A DNA stretch of 64,000 nucleotides. Source: a bacterium (GTDB lineage Bacteria > Verrucomicrobiota > Verrucomicrobiia > Limisphaerales > RI-55). Where the stretch lies: NCBI GenBank assembly GCA_031362805.1, contig JANLTG010000215.1, positions 13,522 to 77,521 of the forward strand, read 5' to 3'. The notes beneath the pieces are model-generated. The model was not told the origin of the DNA, searched no databases, and worked only from the letters and a program-made list of their open reading frames with translations. Shown in pieces: positions 48,019 through 57,691 of this stretch. Positions within the stretch are counted from its first letter, which is position 1. Each line of letters begins with the position of its first letter. The position numbers and the translations under genes were made by a program.

Positions 48019-51000
48019 TCACGCGGCTTCGATGCCCACCTGTTCCATCAACTTGCCGAGCGCGCGGGCCGCCGAGGGGAGGACCAGGGTCAGCATTTCC
48101 AGGCGCTCGCCGACCGTCGCCACGCCTTCGGCGGCTCGAAAGTGGATGAGGCGACGATACCAGTTCAGGAACTCCTGACTGACCTCGGCTTCGTTGGCGG
48201 GCGGGCCGTCGATGCTGAATTCGCCCTGCATCAGCTCACAATGCAACCGGGCCGAGAGCGCCCGCGGATGGCCATTGAGTTGCCGCCAGAAAGGCAGCGC
48301 GTCCACGTATTGCTGGGTGAGCAACAAGGTTTCTCCCCGGGCGGCGATCAGCTCGCGATGGGTGGGATGATGCTGGATCGCCTCCCGGGTCCAATCGCGG
48401 GCAAACTCTATGAAATCAGGCTGGCTCAGTGCCAGCCGGGCGCCCAGCAGCCACGCGTCGATGAACGCACCGTTCTCAGCGACGAGTCCGTGCAAGAGCT
48501 GAAGCGCCGCGATCGGCTCGCCGTGCTCAATTTGGAAACGCGCGGCGTCCATCCGCAACGGAGCCAGCGTCGGATCTTCGTTCAAGGCAGTCGTGAATTC
48601 CTTCGCCGCCTCCGCGATGGCGCCCGACTTCCAAAGCGCGAGCGCGAGGCAGTGCCGGGGCGCACCGCCGAGGATGACCCGGTTGATGAGATAGAATGAG
48701 GGCTCGCCGCGCCGGTCGAGGCAGTTGCGGAACTGCTCAACGGCTTCCGCCCAGCGATGCAGTTCTTGATAGGCAAGGCCCAACGTGAAGTGCAACGAGG
48801 AGCTCAGCGGCTCACGGCTGGCCGCGCCGGAGGTCAGCACGGCGATGATCGCCTGCCAGCGATTGTGCTTCATCAGATGCGACGTGTATTGCGTCAGCAA
48901 CGATTCGCGCAGCTCGGGCGTGATTTCGTTGGCGGGTTTCTCGTTCAGCGCGGTGAAGGCCTCCGCGTAGCGCTGCATGCCTTCATCCATGCGCCCGGAC
49001 CGGATCAGCTCGAGACCCAGGTTCATGAGCAGGTTCGGTTCGCCCGGCAGTTCTTCGACGGCGAGTTCGAGCAGATGCAGATTGCGTGCAACCTTGTTGC
49101 GATCTTTCAACACCTCGGCGGTGTAGCCGTGATGGATCAACGGCGCCGTGCCGACACTCGATTCCATGCGCCACTCTTCGCGACGGACTTCAACGCTGCT
49201 AAACACCTGTTCGTGAACGCGGCTGATGTAGAACAATCCCGGCGCGTTGCGGAACAGCCGCGGGACGTACGTGCAGCCCTCGGCTTCTTTGCCGTGATCC
49301 ACGATGGGCAGGCGCCAGCTGATCGTATTCGGCACGGCGAGCGAGCGCATCAACTCCGCCTTGCCGGCTGCCGCCAGTTCTTCGTCCGCGTCCAGCACCA
49401 GCACCCAGTCGCCCGTGGCGTGCGCAAGGGCGGCATTGCGGGCCGCGCTGAAATCGTCGCACCAGGCGAACGAATGAACTTCGGCGCCGTGCGCCTTGGC
49501 GATCTCCACCGTGCGATCGGTCGAACCCGTGTCAACGACGACGATCTGGTGGGCGATGTCTTTGACGGAGGCCAGGCACTGACCGAGGAACTTCTCTTCG
49601 TTCTTCGCGATCAGACAGACGCTCAGCCGGGGCGCACCCGCCGGCGGCAACGGAGCCAGCGCGACTTGACTGGCTTGCTTGGTCACTGGATGCGCCTTAA
49701 GAAATTTTTGTGCTGGCGGCCAGTTTGGCGCCAGAGCCAGGGCGCGATCGACACACTCGCTCATGCGCCCGCGGTCGCCGAGATTCCAGGCGATCTCAGC
49801 GAGCAGCAGCAGTGCCTCGGGGTGGCACGGCCGGCTAGTCAGCGCGGCGTGCGCGGCGTTCCAGGCGGGAACGAACTTGTTCTGCTGGAGCAACGCGCGG
49901 GCGGAGCCGAGGAAACCCAGTCTTGCGACGGCCGGCAGTTCGATCCTCAGCGGTTGCTTCAAAGGTCGTTTGCCACTTGCGGGCAGCGCGGCCGGCTGGC
50001 AGCCCGCTAAACTCTGTGCCGCCGGCAGGCTGCCGGCAGCACATTGCCGGGCCAACCCGGCCAATCGGTTGGCGGTGTGATTCCAAGTCCAATTCTCGCG
50101 GGCATGAGCGCTGGCAAACTTGCCTTTGGCGCGAGCCTCATCGCGGTTCGCGACCACGTGCCGCATCAATTGCTGCAGCGTTGCAGCATCCGGTTCCAGC
50201 AACCAACCGTCGGCGACCAGCGGCATCCCGCTGATCTCACGTCCAAAGACCTTGCGCACTGACGGAATCTGATAGCCAGCCGCGGCCGGCACGAAATCAT
50301 CCGTTGAACCGCCTGCGGTGACGATCACCGGCCGACCACAAGCCATCGCTTCCAGCACGGGCAGCCCGAAGCCTTCGCCGCGATACGGATGCACGAGGCA
50401 GTCGCAAGCGGTGTAAAGTCCCGGCAACTCCTGCGGCGAGAGTTCCTGGTTGAGATAAAGGATCTCCGGCGCGTTAGGCTGCTTCTGAAGCTCGCGAATC
50501 TGTTGCTCCAGCGTCTGGCCGGCGTAAACGGACTGGCCGCCAAAATCTTTGATCACCAGGCAGACATCGTCTTTTGCCGTGAAGGATTCGGCGTAGGCCT
50601 TGAGCAACACGTCTGGGCCTTTGCGATAAATAGTGCCGCCAACAAAGAGGAACTTGAACGACTTGTTGGTCGCGAGTTTCAACGGCGTCACGTTCGGTTG
50701 GAAAACCTTGGGGTCAATCCCGTTGGGGAGGATGTGAACTTTCTCCGCCGGCACACCGCTGTCGATGTAGACTTGGCGGACGTAGTTCGAAGGCACCCAG
50801 AAGGCATCGACGTTCGCCGCCGCGATCACCCAATCCTTCGGCAGCGCGCCGGATTCCCAGGGCTGGATCACGGCGAGTTTGCCGGTCAACGGCCGGCTCC
50901 AGTCCGGCGGCCACGCGTGGCGGACGGTGAGCGGGGCATTGGGATTCGCTTTCGCTGCCAGCTTGCCGCGATACGATTGCAGCGGCTTCGCGAGCTTGCC

Positions 51001-54000
51001 GGTCACCGACGAAGTCTGCACCCGACGAATGGAGGCGCCGTTCTGGATGACCAGTGCGTCGGTCAGGACGCGGTTGATGTTCGAGAGGCTGCCATAGTCG
51101 AGGAATGAACCCAGCCAGTTGAGCTCGAGTTTGCCCCTGGCGGCGGAAGTCAGTGCGACGGGCGGTGTCGACTGGGGTGCCTCGGGGTCTGTCTGCCGAG
51201 CCACGTTCGCAGCCAGCAATTCCGGCAGCTTCATCCGGTTGGCGACATCGGCTAGCACCTGCCGGCGATCGCTATAATTGCCGGCCGTCCGAATCGCGTG
51301 CGCGAAGAGTCGGCGCACCTCGTCGAGTTCCCGCGCTTGATGCGCTTGGAGGATGGCCTCCATCAAATGGTCGAACTGATAGATGCGGCGATCGACCCGC
51401 GCATAGCGATCATCGTCGTGCATGACCGTTGCGAACACGTTGTAACGAATCGTGAAGCCGGCGGCTTTCAAGCGGCTCGCGTAATCGACATCTTCACGCT
51501 CGTAGAAGCCACGCGAATCGTCCCACTTCACCTGGTCGAGCACGGCGGTCTTGAGCACGCAGAGGCCGCCGGTGATGTAGGTGCTTGGATCGGCATCCCA
51601 ATAGTCGAGCAGCACGGAACCCTTGGTCCCACCCGTGGTGGCCCAGTCCCAGAACCGGCTGCCATCTGGATTCATAATGCGCACCGCCATCGCGTCGTAA
51701 CCTTCGCCGAAGCGTTGGAGACCGGCGGCAAAGCCAGGGTCAAAAACCAGATCGTCGTCGGCCACCACGAGGTGATCGTATTGCGCGTGGCGGCCGAGTT
51801 CGTTGCGCATCTTGCCCAACCGACCCGCGCGAGCCGCGTCGGCCAGGTCGACGCGCCGCACGGTGGCCGGTACGTTCGACACCTCGCCGCCCACCAGAAT
51901 CTCGTAAGCGGGCAGGTTCAATGCCTGGATGCTGGCGATCTGCCGGGCGAGTTTCTCGGCGCGCTTGCCAGCGGTGATAATGCAGAAGGAGTAACCTGCC
52001 TTGCGGGACGAATTGGAAACGGGCTGCGGTTGAAGCGCCTGTCGAACCCGCGCGATCTGAGCGGCCACCTGCGCCTCGACACACTTGCCCAACTCGTCCG
52101 GGCGCAAGCTGAGGAGCGCGAAGAACAAAGGTGTTTCACCTTCACGCTGGCCCGCCAGAAATCTGGAAACATCCGCTGAAGCAGCTGCCTCTGCGATGAA
52201 CGAAAGTGACTTCGCGATGGCCGAGTCGGGCACCGTGGATTCGCCGAACATGGGTGCTAGCAAGTGGCCCAGCGTGTGGGCTTCGGCTGTCGCCGTCGTG
52301 CGGAGCGATTCCGCTTCGGTGAGGGCTTCGACATGAGCGCGCTCGCATTGACGTTGCACGAGGCAACGGAACGCGGTCTTGGCGTCATGCGGATTCGCCC
52401 AGCGTTGCAGGCTCAAGCCGACGAGCAACAAGGTCTCCGCCGCGTCCGGTCGCAGTTCGGTGAGCTGCGCGCAAGCTTGGGCGCAGGGCTGGACCTGGCC
52501 GCTGCTGAACAGCTTCGCCGCGAGTTCGACCAGTTTGCCGAAATCATCCGTGGCCTTCGGTCCGGGCAGCGATTTCATCCGGCCGGTAATCACCTGAAGA
52601 ATGCCTGCGATGCGGACGTTCAAGCCAAGCTGGGCGCACGCCTCGCTGCGCCTGGCGAATTCCACCGCCGTCGGGAGGTCGCCGTACTTCACCATGAGCA
52701 ACGCAGCGATCAACCACGCGCGTGCCTCGCCAGATTTCTCCGGTGAACCAGCGGCATGGCAGAAAGGGAAGAGTGAGCGGAGTGAGTGTTTCTCCAGCAT
52801 CGCCTTCACCGCCTTCGCCTCGTACGAGGTGTTCACCTGCTTGCGCACCTTCGAGAGCGACTGCTCGTGCCGGCGATAAATGCCCACCTCCGTGTTCACA
52901 GACTTGAACGTCGCGACCGGTGTCAGGCGCGTCCAAAATTCGTAGTCGTGCGCGCGCGGGAAAGCGGGGTTATAGCCACCGGCCTGGGCGTAGCAGGACT
53001 TGCGGACCAGCGTGCAGACATTCGGAATGCGGTTCTCCACGACGGTGTCACCGAGAAGCGTCGCGCCCCAGCCGTGATAATCGCGGAAGACCCAGCGCTC
53101 GCAGATGTTGAGCTGCTCATCCGCCACCTGCAAGTGACCGTAGAGCACATCGACGTCGGGATGCTCACTTAACGTCCTGGCGTAAAGCTCGAGCGTCGTG
53201 GGCAGCAAGACATCGTCGGAATCCAGCCACACCAGAAACTCGCCGCGCGCCTCGGCGACACATCGATTGCGCGTCTCCGGACCGCCGCTGTGTTCTTTGA
53301 CAATGAACCGCACGCGGGGATCGGTGATGCGTTTCATCACCTCGGCCGTGCCGTCGGTGGAACCGTCGTCCACCACCACGAGCTCAAAGTTTTGATGCGT
53401 CTGGTTGAAGGCGCTCGCCAGGGTTTGCGCGATGAACTCCGCCCGGTTGTAAGTGGGCACGCAGATTGAAAAGAATTGTTCGCCGGTTTTCGTCGGCAAC
53501 GGCGCGGCGGCCTTCGCGGGTACTCGTGCGGCGTGGCGCGGCAGCAGTCGGTGACCTTCCGCCTTGGTCTCATTGCTGCGCGCAAAGGCGACGAGCTTGT
53601 TGTGAAACGTGTAGAGGTCCGGCTGCTTGAAGACCGAGTATTCGCGCATCAACCCGTGGCGCGAGCTCTTCGTCTCGAGTTTGTTGTCGGTCACCGCGTA
53701 GTCATGCTGGATGACCATGAACGGCCAGTACATCAGCACGAAATCACCGTGGACCTTGCTGATGCGGCACGAGAGATCGACACCTTCACCGCCAAAGAGC
53801 AGCGGGTCTTGTCCGCCCAGCTTGCGCCAGGTGTCGATGCGGAACGCGCTGTTGCCCTCCGTGTCGATGTCCGCCGGAAACGGCAGGTCACCCAGGTTGT
53901 AGTGCCGGGCGCGACTGTTGTGCGGGTGATCCGACTTCGGCAGCACCTTGCCGCGAAACGCATGAACATCGAATGCTTCAAAGCCCTCCAGCGCAGCGGC

Positions 54001-57000
54001 GAGATAGCCGGGTGCGGCGATGGCGTCGTCATCGATGAACACCGCGAAGTTCGAGCGGGCGAAATGCACGCCTATGTTGCGGCCCTCGGCGAGGATGGCG
54101 TTGAAGCCGACGCGGAGGTGCAGGATCGGCCGGCGCGCGAGCTCGGCGTGGATCGCCTCGTTGCCCCCGTTGTCCACCACGATGATCTCGTGCGGCGGGT
54201 TCGTCGAAGCGGCGAGCGAGTCCAAGCACTGGATCAACCCCTGGTTGATCTTGTAAGCGACGATGATGACCGACAATTGCGGCTTCGCCTCCGCACGGTG
54301 GTCCGTGCGCGGCAGCCTGTCGTAGTTGATCAACGACTGGTATTGGCGGCACTCCATTTGCGCGGCGGCAAACTGTCTTTCCTTCAAGAGATCGAAGCCG
54401 CGTTGCAGATGGGCGAACGCAGTCTGGTTGCCGGTTGGCGCGTCGCCGCCGGTCACCTCGGCCTGCGCAATCACTGCGCGCTTCTGGAACTTGGCGGACA
54501 AAATCCCGTAGCGCTTCTGGCCCTTGGCATGATCATAGGGCACCGCATCCGTCACGCCCTTGTAGAGACCGCCTTTGGCTGGCTTCTCAAATTGCTTCTG
54601 TTCGATGAGGTTGAATGCCCCGGCAAACTTCTCCGTGATATCCCACGAGAATTCAATCGGCTCACATGGCGTCGCCGAGTGATTCACATCCGTCAGCAGC
54701 AGGAACAGCCCGCCTGGTTTCACCACGCGCATGACCTCCCGAATGGTTTGCTCCAGATCCGCGACGTGGTCGAGCGAGTTGAACGACATCACGACGTCAA
54801 AGTGATCAGCGGGAAACGGAATCGACTCGGACGGCGCAGCGACGTAGCGCATCCGGTGCTGGTCAGCGCCCAGTTTCAAATACTGGCCGGCCAGCGGGTC
54901 GAGGCCGACGCGTTCGGCCGTCATGTTTGCCCATTCCAAACTGCCGCGCGGTCCGCAGCCGAGGTCGAGAATGCGTTTGCCGGTGAAAAATGCGTGATCC
55001 AAACCGAAGTGCGTCGTATAGTACTGTTCGTAATGCTTGTTGCTCAAAGTGCCTTCGCGCTCCTTCTGAAGTTTCCAATAGTCGAGCTCGTGCGTTTCCT
55101 TGAAAGCCACGTCGGGCGCGGCGCCGGATGCGGGAAAGCGGGGAGGGACAGCCTGCGGAGGAGTCGCGGTGGAGGTTGTGGCGGCGGGGAGAGTGGCCGC
55201 TTCGCCGCTGAGCGCGAGCTCCACCAACAAGCTGCTTGCTTCGGGGTGCTTGGGCACGAGCAAGAGCGCCTGCGAGAGATGACGGCGCGCGACTTCAATA
55301 TTGCCGACCGCGAGCTGCAAGCCCGCCACGGCCACCAGCAGGTCAGCATCGGTTTGATCTAGTTGTAGTGCCTGCTCCAGCAGCGTGATGGCTCCAGCCG
55401 CATTGCCTTGTCCAATCGCTTCCTGTCCGGACTTAAGCAGGCTCTCCAGTTGTTGAACGCGCTCGCGCACCGAGCTGGGTGCCGGTCCGAGATCAGCGAG
55501 GTTGCTCTGGGCAAGGGCGTTCTGTGGCTCAATTGCCAACACGCGCTCCAACGCGAGGCGGGTTGATTCCCGGTCACCCGTCTTGAAGAAGCACTTCGCG
55601 AGGATCAGCAACGATTCGATGTCTTCGGGGCGTTGCGCCAGCACGCGCGCGGCAGCCCTGGCTGCCTCGAGCCAGCGCCCGCCGTGGAGGCAGACGTTGG
55701 CGAACAGCTTCAGGGCAGCGACCCCATTGGGATCAATGGCCAAGGCTTCGCACGCCTGCGTTTCGATCGCGGCCAATGACGGTGAAGAGGCAGAGGCAGG
55801 GGCGGAGGCCGGGGCCGGGGCGACGGGAACGATCGGTTTCATAACTTCGGCCGCCTTGGGCGCGGGGGCAGTTTCCTGTTCGGTGAATGCGCAGATGGGC
55901 TGATGGCCTTGCTCGAGTTCAAACAGCTCCACGCCCTCGCGAATGACCGGGAACAATTTGATGTCCTTGATCGCCGGAGCCTGGCCGGTCGCGAGTGCGG
56001 CTTTGAGCACGTCGACGATTTCCTTCACCCGCTTGTGCGCAGCCACCGGCAGGTGGGGCAGGCACTGTTGGACGCCTGCCCACTGTCCTTTGCGAGCGAA
56101 GGCGACCGCGAGATTGGCCAGCACCTCATAGCGCGCATCGCGGTGGAATGCTTCCGTCAACACCTTGATCGCCAGCTCCAGCGGGGCGATGTGCGATTGC
56201 AGGAGCAGCGTGCCCAGGTCAAACAGCGCCATGGCCTCGGCCTTGGGCCGGTCGGCGCAACGTGCGAGCGTCGGGTAAAGTTTGGCGAGATCGAGGCCGC
56301 CCAAACGATCGATCGTGCGCTGGAACGCCAGGGCACAGGCGGTTTGAATCTGCGCCGCCTTGCGAGCGGTCATGCTGTCGTCGTGTCGGCGATAGTAGTA
56401 GAGAATCTCCGGCACTTGAACGGTGGCAAACTTCTCCCCGATGCGAAGCCACATCTCCCAGTCTTCCGCTCCTTCGAGGTCGGTGGCGTAGAGCCCCACG
56501 ACCTCCTGGCATTGCCGCCGGTAGAGAAATGCCGCGTTGCCCGGATTGCCGCGCAGCACATTGCGGAACGTCATGTCGGGGGCGGGGCGCACGTCGCTGA
56601 GCCGGCTTTGCCCGTCGATGGACGCAAATGCGCCGACGGCCAGGCCGGCGGCCGGATGCTGGTCGAGGGCAACAACGAGGGCTTCGAGGAAAATCGGGGC
56701 GCAATAATTGTCGGCCGAAGTCCAGGTGAGCAACTCACCGCGCGCGATTTGAAAACCGGCGTTCAACGCCCTGGGCAGGCGCTGGTTCGTTTGGTGGAGG
56801 ACGCGCACCCGCGGGTCTTTGAGCGTATCCAGATACTCCCGCGTGCCATCCGTCGAGCCGTCGTTGACGATGATGAGTTCGAAGTCATTGAAGGTCTGGG
56901 CCAGGATGCTTTCAATCGCTTGCGGCAGGAGCCGCAGGTGATTGTAAGTCGGGAGAACCACGGATGCGCGGGGTGTTCCGGCTGTTCCATTTTTCCGGAA

Positions 57001-57672
57001 TTGTCCCACGCCAACCTGCGAATAGCCCGAGGTGTAGTCCAGCTTGCTGACCGGGCCGTAGGCTGACTCGAGGTGCGACACGAACTCGCGCTCGCTGAAG
57101 CCCCGGGTGTGATGGGGGTCTTCCATCCAGCCGATCGGCGTCGAGACGATGAACCGGGTTTGGGGGTGAATGTAAGGCGCGAGCCGTTCCAGAAACGACT
57201 GCTCTTCCTCCGGGTAGATGTGCTCCAGCACCTCGCACAGCACCACCGTGTCAAAAGGTTTCATGGCCCCGAGATCGAGCGACTCAAGGGCCGTCAGCAC
57301 GGGGGTTACCTTGGGCAGCGCGAAACGGCGCAGCCCATCCAGGGCCTCGGCAAACGCGTCCACCGCGACGATTTCGGTCACCGCCGGCGCCGCGGCGAGC
57401 CAGCGGGTCACGTTGCCGATGCCGCAGCCGATTTCGAGGACCCGACCCGTGGCGTGGCGGACAGTGAATTGCAGGCGCTCAAAATAAGCGGGCGCCTCCT
57501 GCCGGGTTTCTTCCCACGAACAGCGCATGAGTTTCTCGTAGGTGGCGAGCTGCTTCTCGCCACCGTCCTGACCAACGCGCCACTGATTGCGCTGTGCCAG
57601 ACTCAGGCCGGGGCGCCGGATCGGCGAGCTGGGCGACGCGGGCTGCGGGGATGGGTTGGATGAAGTGTTCAT
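48019..57672 (-). CDS. Giant (about 3,217 aa) multidomain glycosyltransferase/methyltransferase/TPR protein
   Basis: Single uninterrupted ORF (track 48019-57876). ATG at 57672 lies 19 nt after the upstream stop. Motifs, in plus-strand coordinates: MT VLEIGCG 57421-57450; GT2 VVLPTYN 56941-56970 and FELIIVNDGSTDGT 56842-56889; TPR about 55500-55760; MT RILDLGCGP about 54943-54981; GT2 LSVIIVAYK 54241-54280 with FIDDDA 54022-54042; GT2 FSICVPTYN 53441-53475 with LDSDD 53211-53240; GT-A-like YSFCIITAGK 51961-52000 with VVADDD 51741-51770; GT4 GEGFGLPVLEAMACGRPVIV 50321-50389; GT2 LSVCLIAKNEEK 49591-49630 with LVLDADE 49381-49410; C-terminal TPR 48019 to about 49100. Confidence 0.85.
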   Translation of the reverse strand: MNTSSNPSPQPASPSSPIRRPGLSLAQRNQWRVGQDGGEKQLATYEKLMRCSWEETRQEAPAYFERLQFTVRHATGRVLEIGCGIGNVTRWLAAAPAVTEIVAVDAFAEALDGLRRFALPKVTPVLTALESLDLGAMKPFDTVVLCEVLEHIYPEEEQSFLERLAPYIHPQTRFIVSTPIGWMEDPHHTRGFSEREFVSHLESAYGPVSKLDYTSGYSQVGVGQFRKNGTAGTPRASVVLPTYNHLRLLPQAIESILAQTFNDFELIIVNDGSTDGTREYLDTLKDPRVRVLHQTNQRLPRALNAGFQIARGELLTWTSADNYCAPIFLEALVVALDQHPAAGLAVGAFASIDGQSRLSDVRPAPDMTFRNVLRGNPGNAAFLYRRQCQEVVGLYATDLEGAEDWEMWLRIGEKFATVQVPEILYYYRRHDDSMTARKAAQIQTACALAFQRTIDRLGGLDLAKLYPTLARCADRPKAEAMALFDLGTLLLQSHIAPLELAIKVLTEAFHRDARYEVLANLAVAFARKGQWAGVQQCLPHLPVAAHKRVKEIVDVLKAALATGQAPAIKDIKLFPVIREGVELFELEQGHQPICAFTEQETAPAPKAAEVMKPIVPVAPAPASAPASASSPSLAAIETQACEALAIDPNGVAALKLFANVCLHGGRWLEAARAAARVLAQRPEDIESLLILAKCFFKTGDRESTRLALERVLAIEPQNALAQSNLADLGPAPSSVRERVQQLESLLKSGQEAIGQGNAAGAITLLEQALQLDQTDADLLVAVAGLQLAVGNIEVARRHLSQALLLVPKHPEASSLLVELALSGEAATLPAATTSTATPPQAVPPRFPASGAAPDVAFKETHELDYWKLQKEREGTLSNKHYEQYYTTHFGLDHAFFTGKRILDLGCGPRGSLEWANMTAERVGLDPLAGQYLKLGADQHRMRYVAAPSESIPFPADHFDVVMSFNSLDHVADLEQTIREVMRVVKPGGLFLLLTDVNHSATPCEPIEFSWDITEKFAGAFNLIEQKQFEKPAKGGLYKGVTDAVPYDHAKGQKRYGILSAKFQKRAVIAQAEVTGGDAPTGNQTAFAHLQRGFDLLKERQFAAAQMECRQYQSLINYDRLPRTDHRAEAKPQLSVIIVAYKINQGLIQCLDSLAASTNPPHEIIVVDNGGNEAIHAELARRPILHLRVGFNAILAEGRNIGVHFARSNFAVFIDDDAIAAPGYLAAALEGFEAFDVHAFRGKVLPKSDHPHNSRARHYNLGDLPFPADIDTEGNSAFRIDTWRKLGGQDPLLFGGEGVDLSCRISKVHGDFVLMYWPFMVIQHDYAVTDNKLETKSSRHGLMREYSVFKQPDLYTFHNKLVAFARSNETKAEGHRLLPRHAARVPAKAAAPLPTKTGEQFFSICVPTYNRAEFIAQTLASAFNQTHQNFELVVVDDGSTDGTAEVMKRITDPRVRFIVKEHSGGPETRNRCVAEARGEFLVWLDSDDVLLPTTLELYARTLSEHPDVDVLYGHLQVADEQLNICERWVFRDYHGWGATLLGDTVVENRIPNVCTLVRKSCYAQAGGYNPAFPRAHDYEFWTRLTPVATFKSVNTEVGIYRRHEQSLSKVRKQVNTSYEAKAVKAMLEKHSLRSLFPFCHAAGSPEKSGEARAWLIAALLMVKYGDLPTAVEFARRSEACAQLGLNVRIAGILQVITGRMKSLPGPKATDDFGKLVELAAKLFSSGQVQPCAQACAQLTELRPDAAETLLLVGLSLQRWANPHDAKTAFRCLVQRQCERAHVEALTEAESLRTTATAEAHTLGHLLAPMFGESTVPDSAIAKSLSFIAEAAASADVSRFLAGQREGETPLFFALLSLRPDELGKCVEAQVAAQIARVRQALQPQPVSNSSRKAGYSFCIITAGKRAEKLARQIASIQALNLPAYEILVGGEVSNVPATVRRVDLADAARAGRLGKMRNELGRHAQYDHLVVADDDLVFDPGFAAGLQRFGEGYDAMAVRIMNPDGSRFWDWATTGGTKGSVLLDYWDADPSTYITGGLCVLKTAVLDQVKWDDSRGFYEREDVDYASRLKAAGFTIRYNVFATVMHDDDRYARVDRRIYQFDHLMEAILQAHQARELDEVRRLFAHAIRTAGNYSDRRQVLADVANRMKLPELLAANVARQTDPEAPQSTPPVALTSAARGKLELNWLGSFLDYGSLSNINRVLTDALVIQNGASIRRVQTSSVTGKLAKPLQSYRGKLAAKANPNAPLTVRHAWPPDWSRPLTGKLAVIQPWESGALPKDWVIAAANVDAFWVPSNYVRQVYIDSGVPAEKVHILPNGIDPKVFQPNVTPLKLATNKSFKFLFVGGTIYRKGPDVLLKAYAESFTAKDDVCLVIKDFGGQSVYAGQTLEQQIRELQKQPNAPEILYLNQELSPQELPGLYTACDCLVHPYRGEGFGLPVLEAMACGRPVIVTAGGSTDDFVPAAAGYQIPSVRKVFGREISGMPLVADGWLLEPDAATLQQLMRHVVANRDEARAKGKFASAHARENWTWNHTANRLAGLARQCAAGSLPAAQSLAGCQPAALPASGKRPLKQPLRIELPAVARLGFLGSARALLQQNKFVPAWNAAHAALTSRPCHPEALLLLAEIAWNLGDRGRMSECVDRALALAPNWPPAQKFLKAHPVTKQASQVALAPLPPAGAPRLSVCLIAKNEEKFLGQCLASVKDIAHQIVVVDTGSTDRTVEIAKAHGAEVHSFAWCDDFSAARNAALAHATGDWVLVLDADEELAAAGKAELMRSLAVPNTISWRLPIVDHGKEAEGCTYVPRLFRNAPGLFYISRVHEQVFSSVEVRREEWRMESSVGTAPLIHHGYTAEVLKDRNKVARNLHLLELAVEELPGEPNLLMNLGLELIRSGRMDEGMQRYAEAFTALNEKPANEITPELRESLLTQYTSHLMKHNRWQAIIAVLTSGAASREPLSSSLHFTLGLAYQELHRWAEAVEQFRNCLDRRGEPSFYLINRVILGGAPRHCLALALWKSGAIAEAAKEFTTALNEDPTLAPLRMDAARFQIEHGEPIAALQLLHGLVAENGAFIDAWLLGARLALSQPDFIEFARDWTREAIQHHPTHRELIAARGETLLLTQQYVDALPFWRQLNGHPRALSARLHCELMQGEFSIDGPPANEAEVSQEFLNWYRRLIHFRAAEGVATVGERLEMLTLVLPSAARALGKLMEQVGIEAA

Positions 57673-57691
57673 GGCGTCTTGGGGCGGGTGA

